Of a stretch of DNA of 64,000 nucleotides, positions 31,130 through 40,313 are shown piece by piece. The notes beneath the pieces were generated by a model, which did no database searches, was not told the DNA's origin, and was given only the letters and a program-made list of their open reading frames with translations. Location: IMG/VR virus record IMGVR_UViG_3300029705_000021. One strand, given 5' to 3'. Each line of letters begins with the position of its first letter. The stretch's first letter is position 1. The position numbers and the translations under genes are program-made. This DNA is from a virus (taxonomy: Duplodnaviria; Caudoviricetes).

Positions 31130-31605
31130 CTATTAATCTCCTTTAAATATTTACTTTCTGTGTTCTTTAAATACTCTTCAATCAATCTTGATTGATCTTT
31201 TGTTTTGCTATAAGCAATAACATTAATTGTTTCTTGTCCTTTACGATTAAGTCCATGATTGGCGAGATATTTTATTTTATTCTCAACTAGATAATTACAT
31301 AGTCTAAGTACATCATCTTTATCTGAACTTGTAAGGAAGAAGATCCATTTATCATCTTTTTTAAATTTATCGTTGATCATAAAAGCTATGTAATTACCTA
31401 TGCCTGAACTAATACTAACAATAATTATTGCAAGCATTGTACTGTCATTTATTACTTGATCTATGACTAAATAAAATAATAATTGTGATATGATTACCAA
31501 TATAGAAGATAATATTTTTTGACCTCGGTATGTTGCTAACGATTTGGCTGTAAGAACTATGTTATCTATGATCTTAACTAATCCCAACAAAATATACATT
31601 AACAT
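31126..31605 (-). CDS. Membrane protein (DUF5698/DUF2179-like)
   Basis: Three N-terminal TM helices plus a small soluble C-terminal domain. Confidence 0.55.
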   Translation of the reverse strand: MLMYILLGLVKIIDNIVLTAKSLATYRGQKILSSILVIISQLLFYLVIDQVINDSTMLAIIIVSISSGIGNYIAFMINDKFKKDDKWIFFLTSSDKDDVLRLCNYLVENKIKYLANHGLNRKGQETINVIAYSKTKDQSRLIEEYLKNTESKYLKEINR

Positions 31606-32354
31606 AATGCCTCAATCTCCTTCTCAAGATATTTAAGATAATCGTCCCATTTGTCAATACTATGAATGTACTGGTTGTTCTTCATGCATTTTTGCTTCAT
31701 ATCATTCTTAATATCTTCAAGTTTATTTCTTCTATTAGCTAGAGATTTAATATAATCATTAGTCATTCTACTAACCTTCAAAATATCTTCTTTTGGTAAT
31801 TTAGCTACCACTTCTTTATATTTTAATTGATCTTCTTCGGGAATCTCATAATCACTCTTTGGTAAATTCTTGCTACTAAATGGACTACGATTTGCAGCAC
31901 TTGTCTTTGGTTTAAAATATTTCTCAAAGTCTTTCATCTTATCCCACGAAAACTTAAATAATACCTCTTCATCTGTTTCGTTAATATCAAATATTATTTT
32001 ATTTAATTCTTTATCTTTATACAAAGCATCATAATCAAAAGAGTTGGTTGTTTTTACTTCTTTAGTTTTCTCATCTTCTTTTTCGGTAGTTGTCATATAT
32101 GGACTTTTCTCTATATCTTGTACATAATCAGAATAAATTGCCTTAACAATGTTTCTTCCTCTACCAAGAGAAGGTATGTATGCTTCAAGCTTTCCATGCC
32201 CATAATGACTTATTTGAATACCATTTGAACAGTCTACGTATATATCCATATCAGAAAATGTATTGTTTATATCTCGTGGGAACTGATTGTTTGATAAATC
32301 ATAAGGTGCTTTCAGGCGGTAAGTTCCTTTAAATTTTTCTATCATAAATGACAT
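31599..32354 (-). CDS. Hypothetical phage protein
   Basis: 251-aa ORF coupled to its neighbours. Confidence 0.6.
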   Translation of the reverse strand: MSFMIEKFKGTYRLKAPYDLSNNQFPRDINNTFSDMDIYVDCSNGIQISHYGHGKLEAYIPSLGRGRNIVKAIYSDYVQDIEKSPYMTTTEKEDEKTKEVKTTNSFDYDALYKDKELNKIIFDINETDEEVLFKFSWDKMKDFEKYFKPKTSAANRSPFSSKNLPKSDYEIPEEDQLKYKEVVAKLPKEDILKVSRMTNDYIKSLANRRNKLEDIKNDMKQKCMKNNQYIHSIDKWDDYLKYLEKEIEALC

Positions 32355-32761
32355 TATTTCGCACCTCTCTTCTTTTCTTTTTTATACAAGATTTTATCTT
32401 TAACAAAGATATCAAGTTGCGCTTTAATTTTTGCTTCTGCTTTTTCGACTGCTTTATTTATCCCACCATATTCACGATTAAAGAAAGCAGGATATATATT
32501 AAATTCAGAATTAGTTACAATGAATCTGCAACATTTTTGTTCCAAATCAATGTAAATACTACACCATAATGTAGGATCTTTTTTATACTTAAGGACAGGA
32601 AATCTATATGAATAATACCCATCCATATGTCTAAAATTATTCTCTATTAAAATTTCTTTTGTAACTCCTGAGTGTGGTTTATATTGTTCTATATTAAGCA
32701 TATTTGATATTCTCCTGTCCTTTTTATTGTTTTTGTATTGTGATGCTTTTAATCGCACCAC
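32354..32761 (-). CDS. Hypothetical phage protein (true start probably MLNIEQ, about 32701)
   Basis: AGGAG RBS precedes the internal Met. Confidence 0.55.
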   Translation of the reverse strand: MVRLKASQYKNNKKDRRISNMLNIEQYKPHSGVTKEILIENNFRHMDGYYSYRFPVLKYKKDPTLWCSIYIDLEQKCCRFIVTNSEFNIYPAFFNREYGGINKAVEKAEAKIKAQLDIFVKDKILYKKEKKRGAK

Positions 32762-33294
32762 AATACTACTTGGTTTTGCTCTAATGATTTTTTAATGTCG
32801 ATGACTCTTTGATTTGTAGAGCCAGCCCAAGGATATTTTACATCAGCTAACTCTTCGATAAATTTGCCATCTACAAGCACATCGCATTGTTTCACAATAT
32901 CCTGTTTTTTGTTAATTAACTCATCTCTTGTTGGGTTAAAATCATCTGTTATAACTGGATGCATAATTTGTTCGAATGTATAACCACTATATAACCAAAT
33001 AGTTTTAGTAGGATATTTTTCTTTTAATTCCGTAACAAAACTTAACATATCATCAACATTATTAACATTTAAAGGATCTCCACCACTTAATGTAATCCCA
33101 TCAATATAATCTTTTTCTAATTCTTTATAAATTAGGTTTTTAGCATTTTTATCAAATGGTGTTCCATTTGAAGCTTGCCATGTTTCTTGGTTATGACAAT
33201 TTTTACAATAATGATCACAAGCAGTACAAAAAAGTACTACTCGTAATCCATTACCATTAAGCATGTCATCTGTTCTTATCATTATATAGTTCAT
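32749..33294 (-). CDS. nrdG: Anaerobic ribonucleotide reductase activase (radical SAM)
   Basis: CDHYCKNC CxxxCxxC motif, GITLSGGDPL, GSTNQRVID. Confidence 0.95.
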   Translation of the reverse strand: MNYIMIRTDDMLNGNGLRVVLFCTACDHYCKNCHNQETWQASNGTPFDKNAKNLIYKELEKDYIDGITLSGGDPLNVNNVDDMLSFVTELKEKYPTKTIWLYSGYTFEQIMHPVITDDFNPTRDELINKKQDIVKQCDVLVDGKFIEELADVKYPWAGSTNQRVIDIKKSLEQNQVVLWCD

Positions 33295-33309
33295 AAGTAA
33301 ATATCTCCT

Positions 33310-35472
33310 TTACATGCTTTTTCTGTCTTTTATCTCCATTACTTTTGCTTGATTATATCTTGATTTACCGTGTATCTTTGTGTAGCCTATATAGCCATTC
33401 ATTCTGTCAATCTGGGTGATATTTTCACTTCCACATTGAGGACATTTATTCATTTCAAGTTGTTCATATCCACAATCTTCACAGTATGATAAAGCTAAAT
33501 TACATCCTTCATAAAAACCTTTTTTCATTGCTCTACGAATTAATGTTTTTTGTGCTTTAAAATTATAATCTACAGGGTATCTGCAATATTGAATTTTTCC
33601 ACCATTAAACAAATCCCAAAAACGTTCTTCTAAGTCTTGTTTTTGAATTGGTGTAACTTCTTCCCATACTCCACAATGGAATGAATTAGATACGTATGCT
33701 CTATCTGAAACCCCTTCGATAATTCCATACTTCTTTCTAAATTGCTCTATTTGTAATCCGCAAAGTGATTCTGCAGGAGTACCATAAATTGCATATAAAA
33801 TACTATCTTCTTTTTTTATTCTTTCGGTATATGCATTTATGTATTCCATTACTTCTAAAGCAAATTTACCATCTTCTACTAAGGATTTACCATTATATAA
33901 AACTTGTAATTCATTTAATGCAGTAATACCAAAACTCATTGTCATTGGTGGTAAAATAGATTTAATTTTATCTTCAGGATTTAACGTTCCACCATAAAAT
34001 CCACCTTGAGTAAATCCTAATGGATTTGTACTTGCTTTCTTTTCTCCTAAGAATGCATAAGTACGTTTATGAAGACTTCTAATTAATTCAAGATAATAAT
34101 CTAATACTTCATAAAAATCTTTATTTTCATGTCTTGCTTTTGCAAGTATCATTGGTAAATGCAATGAGATTGCACCGAGATTGAATCTTCCTTCGAATAC
34201 TGGTACATCATCTTCATCTGCTGGTTGCATACCACCTCTTTCATACCAAGGTGATAATGAGGCTCTGCAGCCCATTAAACTAATAACTTTTCCATACTTT
34301 TTATACATCGAAGGAATGTATCCTTTTCCGCTGAGGCTCAAAAAGTCAGGATACATGGTTTTGCTGCTACACTTGCAAGCAACATCAAATAACCATTCTA
34401 ACTCTTTTCCTTCACCGTGTAAGTTTTCATCATATAAGAAAGTTAATTTAGGGAATAATACTGGTCTCTTAAATCCTGGCTTTCCTTGACCATTCATTCT
34501 GACTTTCAATGCCATTTCAGAAGCCATTGTCTCCCATTTACTAGTACCAATACCAAATGACATTGCGATAAATGGATAATCACCACGAGAAGATCCTACA
34601 GTATTAAACTTATATTCCCAACCTTGGAAACCTTGTTCGAACTCTTTACGAACTTTTTCTGTAGCATATTCATCAGCTAATTTTGATACATTTAATCCAC
34701 AAGAATCATATGAATCAATAATCTCATAATATTCATTCAAATACTTCTGATAAGATTTTTCTGCATAAGGTGCAAGAATCTTATCTACTTGTGGAATTGT
34801 AAAACCACCATATTGCTGTGCTGATCCACCAAATGTAACATCTCCTATTACATCAAATAACGTATCTAATGTCTTTGGTTCGTTATACCAAATGTTACCC
34901 ATTTCAAATCCACCTTTTACAACATTAGACATATCAAATAAGCAGCAGTTAATTGCATCTCTACGATCTTTCATATCGTGAATGTAAATATATCCATCAT
35001 TAGATGCTTGTAATTCTTCTTTTGTTAAAAAGAAATGTTTATATAATTCTTTACTAAGTAAGCCATAAGACAAACTTCTTTGAGTGCTAACCATTGTAGA
35101 ATCTGTATTTGCATTAGAAACATCACCAACATATCTTTGCTCTTGTTCTTTTGTATATACTTCATCAAGCATTTTTACAAAATCTTGTTTGTAATTTCTA
35201 TACTGACGATAACTTTCACCTACTGTTGGGAACAATTCCATTAATACATTTTCAACTATTACATGCATATCAAACACTGGTATTACATCTTCTTGAATAT
35301 CTTCTTCAAAGTAATCTTCTTCATCAATAATTTCTAAAACTCTATTGCAGATTCTTGAAAAATCATCTTCTGTTAATGTAAATAATGCTCTGTTTGCAGC
35401 AAGATTACATGCATTAATAATTTTTTGTTCGTTATATGTTTCTAGCGTATTATCTTTTTTTATTACTTTCAT
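33310..35472 (-). CDS. nrdD: Class III anaerobic ribonucleoside-triphosphate reductase
   Basis: ATP cone, YIYIHD, YGTPAESL, C-terminal Zn site and RMNGY glycyl radical motif. Confidence 0.95.
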   Translation of the reverse strand: MKVIKKDNTLETYNEQKIINACNLAANRALFTLTEDDFSRICNRVLEIIDEEDYFEEDIQEDVIPVFDMHVIVENVLMELFPTVGESYRQYRNYKQDFVKMLDEVYTKEQEQRYVGDVSNANTDSTMVSTQRSLSYGLLSKELYKHFFLTKEELQASNDGYIYIHDMKDRRDAINCCLFDMSNVVKGGFEMGNIWYNEPKTLDTLFDVIGDVTFGGSAQQYGGFTIPQVDKILAPYAEKSYQKYLNEYYEIIDSYDSCGLNVSKLADEYATEKVRKEFEQGFQGWEYKFNTVGSSRGDYPFIAMSFGIGTSKWETMASEMALKVRMNGQGKPGFKRPVLFPKLTFLYDENLHGEGKELEWLFDVACKCSSKTMYPDFLSLSGKGYIPSMYKKYGKVISLMGCRASLSPWYERGGMQPADEDDVPVFEGRFNLGAISLHLPMILAKARHENKDFYEVLDYYLELIRSLHKRTYAFLGEKKASTNPLGFTQGGFYGGTLNPEDKIKSILPPMTMSFGITALNELQVLYNGKSLVEDGKFALEVMEYINAYTERIKKEDSILYAIYGTPAESLCGLQIEQFRKKYGIIEGVSDRAYVSNSFHCGVWEEVTPIQKQDLEERFWDLFNGGKIQYCRYPVDYNFKAQKTLIRRAMKKGFYEGCNLALSYCEDCGYEQLEMNKCPQCGSENITQIDRMNGYIGYTKIHGKSRYNQAKVMEIKDRKSM

Positions 35473-35522
35473 AACATCTTCCTTTCATTATATTTTATCT
35501 AGTTATATATTTTTAATTAGTT

Positions 35523-35759
35523 TCAATCCATTAACTTATGAATTTCTGCTAATAAAATATCATGAAATGATAATTCTTTTTCGTCTTCTTGAATTCTTTT
35601 TTTGTCAGGAATAAATGCACTATATTTTTGTCCTTCATTAGACAAACACACTTCTTCTAAACGGGAGTATGTTTGCCATGATTTGTTTGGAGATGCAGTA
35701 TAACGATAACAATATTCACTTATAGGGCAATTTCCTGTACACATGCAAATATCAGGCAT
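35523..35759 (-). CDS. Small Cys-rich hypothetical protein
   Basis: MPDICMC...CPISEYCYRY. Confidence 0.55.
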   Translation of the reverse strand: MPDICMCTGNCPISEYCYRYTASPNKSWQTYSRLEEVCLSNEGQKYSAFIPDKKRIQEDEKELSFHDILLAEIHKLMD

Positions 35760-35761
35760 AC

Positions 35762-36025
35762 TTATACCTCCTCAATTAAAATACCTAAATTCTTGGTAAT
35801 ATTTATCAACTTATCCTTTTCTCCTTCCCCAAAGACATCTAACAAGAGATTATTAGTTAAATCTAAGCTAAAAATCCCCATGATAGAACGTGCATCTACA
35901 GCATATTTGTTATTTTCGGTTCTAATGACTGCATCAGATTCTAAAGTATCCATTTCATTAATAAAGGATTTAACCTGATCAATTGTGTTGAATTTAATCT
36001 TAATTGTAAAATTAGGTTTAATCAT
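35762..36025 (-). CDS. HPr-family protein lacking the His15 site
   Basis: VDARSIMGIFSLDL matches the HPr Ser46 signature; no GLHARP. Confidence 0.75.
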   Translation of the reverse strand: MIKPNFTIKIKFNTIDQVKSFINEMDTLESDAVIRTENNKYAVDARSIMGIFSLDLTNNLLLDVFGEGEKDKLINITKNLGILIEEV

Positions 36026-36043
36026 AATATTTTTTCCTTTCTT

Positions 36044-36658
36044 TTATTCTGTATAAGCTAATTTTTCATTGTTAATTTTTTCTTGACATATATTATGTAT
36101 TTTTTCTGCCAAGCTTAAAATATCTTCACCTTCGTTATTGTCGATTATTAAATCTACTTCTTTATCTAATCCTAAAAACATACCAAAATCTCTTTCTACT
36201 CTTGAAGCGATCTCGTTCTTATCATCGAAATCAAATTTGTCCACACCACATCTATCTATGTATCTCTTAACTCTTGTGCCAAGACTTGCATTTACAAGAA
36301 CAGTATAAATATTGTCTGTTTCACAATTTTGCTTGATTTTTCGAAAACCATTAGGGGTAAGAACTACAACTTTGTTACCGTCTTTGTAATCACTTTCAAG
36401 TGTTCCATATAATCTATTTTGAGAATATTCATCATACTCAGCAAATAAATTAAAATCAATCATATCAGCAAAAGTTTTGTTATCTATAAAATTATAATCA
36501 ATACCGTCTACCTCTCCGTTTCTAGGAGGTCTTGTTGTATAAGATATGATTTTTCCATAACCATACTTATCTGCCAATATTTTTTCGATGCTTGATTTAC
36601 CTGAACCAGATGCACCAATTAAAATAACTATCACTGTTTTTTCTCCTTTCTTCCACAT
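36044..36658 (-). CDS. gmk: Guanylate kinase-like protein (start probably GTG at about 36634)
   Basis: GASGSGKS P-loop, SYTTRPPRNGEVDGIDYNF, LYGT. Confidence 0.9.
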   Translation of the reverse strand: MWKKGEKTVIVILIGASGSGKSSIEKILADKYGYGKIISYTTRPPRNGEVDGIDYNFIDNKTFADMIDFNLFAEYDEYSQNRLYGTLESDYKDGNKVVVLTPNGFRKIKQNCETDNIYTVLVNASLGTRVKRYIDRCGVDKFDFDDKNEIASRVERDFGMFLGLDKEVDLIIDNNEGEDILSLAEKIHNICQEKINNEKLAYTE

Positions 36659-37314
36659 GATTTCTTTTCTGGACAGTAACCTAACTGCTCACATTTTGGC
36701 TTAAATAGATTATCTACAATCCATTTCCACTCATCAGAAATCTCACTTAAAGCATTGCAAATATCTTTAAACATTTGACGATATTCCCAATAAGCTCTTG
36801 TACACATTCTCTGATGTGACATATCAATTAGATTACGAAGATTACGTTTATCTACTATTCTAGTTGTCATTCCTAAAGGTAAAAGCATTGCTGTATCTTC
36901 TCTAGGAACACCTAATGCTTCTAAAGTGTAGCAAACATTATTAATAGTTTTCATTGCATTTTCATACAATTCTATTGCAGTATTTCCTACATTTGAAATT
37001 GATTTTGGAATAACATAATCAAAACCATTGTTTTTTGTATAATCAATGTATCTAGTTGAGGCTTGGAGTCTAGTTGGCGCACCACCCAAATGTGTGTACC
37101 ATTCTCTGATAACTCTTGCCGAATAACCATCAATAATCATCTCAATATTAACATATTCAAGAGTTCTTCCGTGATTAGCTAAAATACAATCCATGCCACG
37201 TTTATAGTTCTTTTCGTTATCAGTAATATCAGCTCCCCAGCACACACCTGCTCTTTCGCCTATAAGAGTAATAGGATTTTTTGTTGTTTCTTTAAGTATT
37301 GTAATCGTACCCAT
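36631..37314 (-). CDS. thyX: Flavin-dependent thymidylate synthase (divergent signature)
   Basis: HGRTLEY, QASTRY, GVPREDTAMLLP and RMCTRAYWEYR motifs. Confidence 0.85.
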   Translation of the reverse strand: MGTITILKETTKNPITLIGERAGVCWGADITDNEKNYKRGMDCILANHGRTLEYVNIEMIIDGYSARVIREWYTHLGGAPTRLQASTRYIDYTKNNGFDYVIPKSISNVGNTAIELYENAMKTINNVCYTLEALGVPREDTAMLLPLGMTTRIVDKRNLRNLIDMSHQRMCTRAYWEYRQMFKDICNALSEISDEWKWIVDNLFKPKCEQLGYCPEKKSCGRKEKKQ

Positions 37315-37357
37315 ACTTTTTTCCTTTCTTTTATGTATTTTTAATTAGTCTTAACTT

Positions 37358-38002
37358 TTACTTATAAAACCCATGCCCTACTTCATCTATAAATTGAAGC
37401 TCCCAATAATTATCTTTCCATGTATACCATTTTTCAGGCTTATTATCACTTCTATATGCTATACAGCCATTAGTTGTATCTCCATATTTATAAGCATTTT
37501 CGACAGCCTCTATTGTAGTGTCTGTGATTTCAGTCCTCCAATAAGCAAACTGGTTAGGCGCAGTAATAATAGCAATTACATCATCTCCATACTTCTTGTC
37601 TGGATGATTTAAACGATTAAATATTACTGACGCTACATTCATCTTACTAATTACATCTCCACTATGAACTTCGGTTTCTACACATCTTTGAATCATATAG
37701 ATTTCTTCTTGTGTAAAATCTGTATATATATCTGGATATATATACTCATTTTGCGAAGTTTCCTCTTCTTGTGGCTCTTGAGTTGTTTGGTTCATTTGAG
37801 ACATAGAGGTTTCTATTGTTGTTTCTTCTTTAGATATAGATTCTTCTTCTGAAACTGTTTCTTTTATTTCTTCAGATGTATATTCAATATCTGTAGAAAA
37901 ATTTTCATCCTTGTTCAATTTTAATGGGAAAATGCTTATTAATATCAATGTAATAAATACTGTTAATATTGATAAACTTAATAATCTTGCTTTTATATTC
38001 AT
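37358..38002 (-). CDS. Membrane-anchored SleB/Hydrolase_2-type cell wall hydrolase
   Basis: N-terminal TM, acidic linker, VETE...VASVIFNR...PNQF...GHGFY. Confidence 0.8.
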   Translation of the reverse strand: MNIKARLLSLSILTVFITLILISIFPLKLNKDENFSTDIEYTSEEIKETVSEEESISKEETTIETSMSQMNQTTQEPQEEETSQNEYIYPDIYTDFTQEEIYMIQRCVETEVHSGDVISKMNVASVIFNRLNHPDKKYGDDVIAIITAPNQFAYWRTEITDTTIEAVENAYKYGDTTNGCIAYRSDNKPEKWYTWKDNYWELQFIDEVGHGFYK

Positions 38003-38057
38003 CGTCTTTTCCTTTCTATTTTTGATTAGTTAAGATGTTTTTCTTGAAAGCAATAAT

Positions 38058-38086
38058 ATATTACCACATATAAAATGATATGTCAA
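38058..38086 (-). promoter_or_regulatory. SigmaA-type promoter
   Basis: TTGACA-17 nt-TAATAT with extended TG. Confidence 0.65.
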
Positions 38087-38103
38087 TGTTTTTTTAAATT
38101 TAA

Positions 38104-38718
38104 TTAGTTTATTTTTAAAGAACAATATCCATTAACCATCATCTTAAATGCAGTGTAAGCTTCTTCAATAGAATTAAATTTATTGTTAATACTGATACCT
38201 TCTGTAAATACTTGATATAAATCAAATTCTCTAGAAGTATTATAATTATTTTCTTCCATAAATTTAGTAAATTCATCTAATAAGCTTTGCATATATCCAT
38301 AATGTCCATTTTCTTCAAACATATAAATTGTCTCAATGCTAAGTGAATACTTATTAATATCCTTATGATATATTAAATCCAAATCATTCATTGTAAACAT
38401 GTTTGCTTCTTTACTACCACTTAAATCATCATATGACATAACACCCCAGATAAACAACGTGTCTTCTGTCTCTTTTTCATTTATATAGTAATTATCATAA
38501 TATTGTATTTCTTTTTCAAATCGTTTATCTTCGATATAATTATGAATTTGCTTAATAACAGGCAATTTAAATATCTTTCCATGAAGAATATTACTTACCG
38601 AAGGACACTTATAATTATGATTATACAAAGCATCAAAACAAGCCTCTTTATTATATTTATATTTACAGAAGATACACTGTTTATCAAAGTTAAACAACTT
38701 AAAATTTTTAATACTCAT
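38104..38718 (-). CDS. Hypothetical phage protein
   Basis: 204-aa ORF with an RBS. Confidence 0.6.
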   Translation of the reverse strand: MSIKNFKLFNFDKQCIFCKYKYNKEACFDALYNHNYKCPSVSNILHGKIFKLPVIKQIHNYIEDKRFEKEIQYYDNYYINEKETEDTLFIWGVMSYDDLSGSKEANMFTMNDLDLIYHKDINKYSLSIETIYMFEENGHYGYMQSLLDEFTKFMEENNYNTSREFDLYQVFTEGISINNKFNSIEEAYTAFKMMVNGYCSLKIN

Positions 38719-38866
38719 TTTCTTTTCCTTTCTCTAAAGCATCATAATTAATTCGTTTTTTATGTGTTTGCTGCTTACAACGTTTACACATATGAAAAGC
38801 ATAATCCTTACCTCTCTCAAAGTGTATTACATTTGACATTGTGCGATTACATCTTGGGCATCTCAT
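38708..38866 (-). CDS. 52-aa zinc-ribbon protein missed by the ORF track (MRCPRCNRTM...MCKRCKQ...)
   Basis: AAGGAGG RBS and two CxxC pairs. Confidence 0.7.
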   Translation of the reverse strand: MRCPRCNRTMSNVIHFERGKDYAFHMCKRCKQQTHKKRINYDALEKGKENEY

Positions 38867-38881
38867 ATAAACATTCCTCCT

Positions 38882-39076
38882 TTACTCAATCTGTTGAATT
38901 TCCCAATCTTTAATAAAATCTTCTAGGTTATAATATGTACAAAATGAATTGCCTAACTTATCTTTAACAAAAATTAAACTATTAATTAATGTAGCAGCAA
39001 TATTATATTCATAACCTGTTTTAAAACCTGTTGTTGTACTTCCTATAAATTTTGCAACCATAAAACTTCCTTTCAT
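38882..39076 (-). CDS. Small hypothetical protein
   Basis: AKFIG...GFKTGYEY...DFIKDW. Confidence 0.5.
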   Translation of the reverse strand: MKGSFMVAKFIGSTTTGFKTGYEYNIAATLINSLIFVKDKLGNSFCTYYNLEDFIKDWEIQQIE

Positions 39077-39192
39077 TTATTTTTAATTAGTCTCATCTGT
39101 AAAAATAAGATGAGTTCTTTCACCTGAACCCATCTTAACATATTTTACTTTATTTGTCAATGCTTTTTTTGAAAATTTTATTTTTAATTAGT

Positions 39193-39537
39193 TTATATTT
39201 TGTCTGGTAAATCTTCTAGTCTGATAAATTTAATAGGTTTATATTCAGGATCTTCTTCTGCAATAATTTCTTCGAAATCTTCGCCATAATAAATTATAGG
39301 ATAATGTTCTCCATAACTAAAACTATCATTGTAAGATATAAAATCAACAGCTTCTTCTTCACTCATATCTTCATTTTCAATTAGCCAATCAATCATTAGA
39401 CTATAATCGTATACTGCATTGTAGTCGTCTGTTAAACCTATCAAAGCGTTAGTATAGTCTGGACATCTAAAGATTATAACATCATCATAACCTTTCTCTA
39501 AAAGAATGTCTAAGGGAGTTTTATTAATATCACTCAT
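39193..39537 (-). CDS. Conserved acidic phage protein
   Basis: DYTNALIG...AVYDY...MSEEEAVDFISYN. Confidence 0.6.
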   Translation of the reverse strand: MSDINKTPLDILLEKGYDDVIIFRCPDYTNALIGLTDDYNAVYDYSLMIDWLIENEDMSEEEAVDFISYNDSFSYGEHYPIIYYGEDFEEIIAEEDPEYKPIKFIRLEDLPDKI

Positions 39538-39538
39538 A

Positions 39539-40306
39539 CTATTCGTCCCCTTTCAGCACGTCTATTACAAGTGACTTTAATGGTTCTTTTAAATCTGTTC
39601 CTGCAAGCCACTTAAGATAATCTTTTGGCACTTCTGTAAGGATTTTACCTGCGTGTTTTCCAAAAGTAAGTTTGTAATCTTCAGGTTTAATTGGTGGATA
39701 AGCCTGTTCATCATCTTGAAAAGAAACATCAATATCTTTTCTACTAGCAAGATAGTCTGATAAATGTACAATCTTCTGCATTTCAGTTTTTGGTTTTGGA
39801 AGGGTAATATTAGGATTTCTTTTATCTGTATTCCATTCACCCATATGACTACCAATACCAATAGCTATGAATTTAATCTCATCTTCGGTTAAATATTTAT
39901 CTTTATATGACATTATGTACTTAGCTGCCAATAATGGATGATCAAATACTGTAAATACTTTATTTTGTCCATTGTTAGATTTCTCAATATAAGATTCATG
40001 TGTTCCAGACTTTTGTATATCATGTGCTAAACAAGATATTCTTCCTAAATCAATTTCTCTCTCTGTAAACATACTTCTATTTTGTTCAATACTCATAAGA
40101 TGATTATAAAATCTTATAACAGCTTTTGTATGACGCATTAAACCACCTTCACCTAATGCATATTGTGGATGATACTTCCCAGTTGAAGAAGCAGCGACAT
40201 CAAAAAAGTAATCTGGGGCATCATCTAATAGCACTTTTGCAAATTCTTTGATGTCTTCATTTGTAAATGTATTTAATTCGTTTGTAAATAATTCATGTTT
40301 ATTCAT
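39539..40306 (-). CDS. HD-domain phosphohydrolase with a C-terminal DUF3820-like motif
   Basis: ASSTGKYHP, GGLMRHT, LAHDIQK, SHMG, HLSDY; FGKHAGK...VPKDYLKWL. Confidence 0.8.
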   Translation of the reverse strand: MNKHELFTNELNTFTNEDIKEFAKVLLDDAPDYFFDVAASSTGKYHPQYALGEGGLMRHTKAVIRFYNHLMSIEQNRSMFTEREIDLGRISCLAHDIQKSGTHESYIEKSNNGQNKVFTVFDHPLLAAKYIMSYKDKYLTEDEIKFIAIGIGSHMGEWNTDKRNPNITLPKPKTEMQKIVHLSDYLASRKDIDVSFQDDEQAYPPIKPEDYKLTFGKHAGKILTEVPKDYLKWLAGTDLKEPLKSLVIDVLKGDE

Positions 40307-40313
40307 ACTGCTA

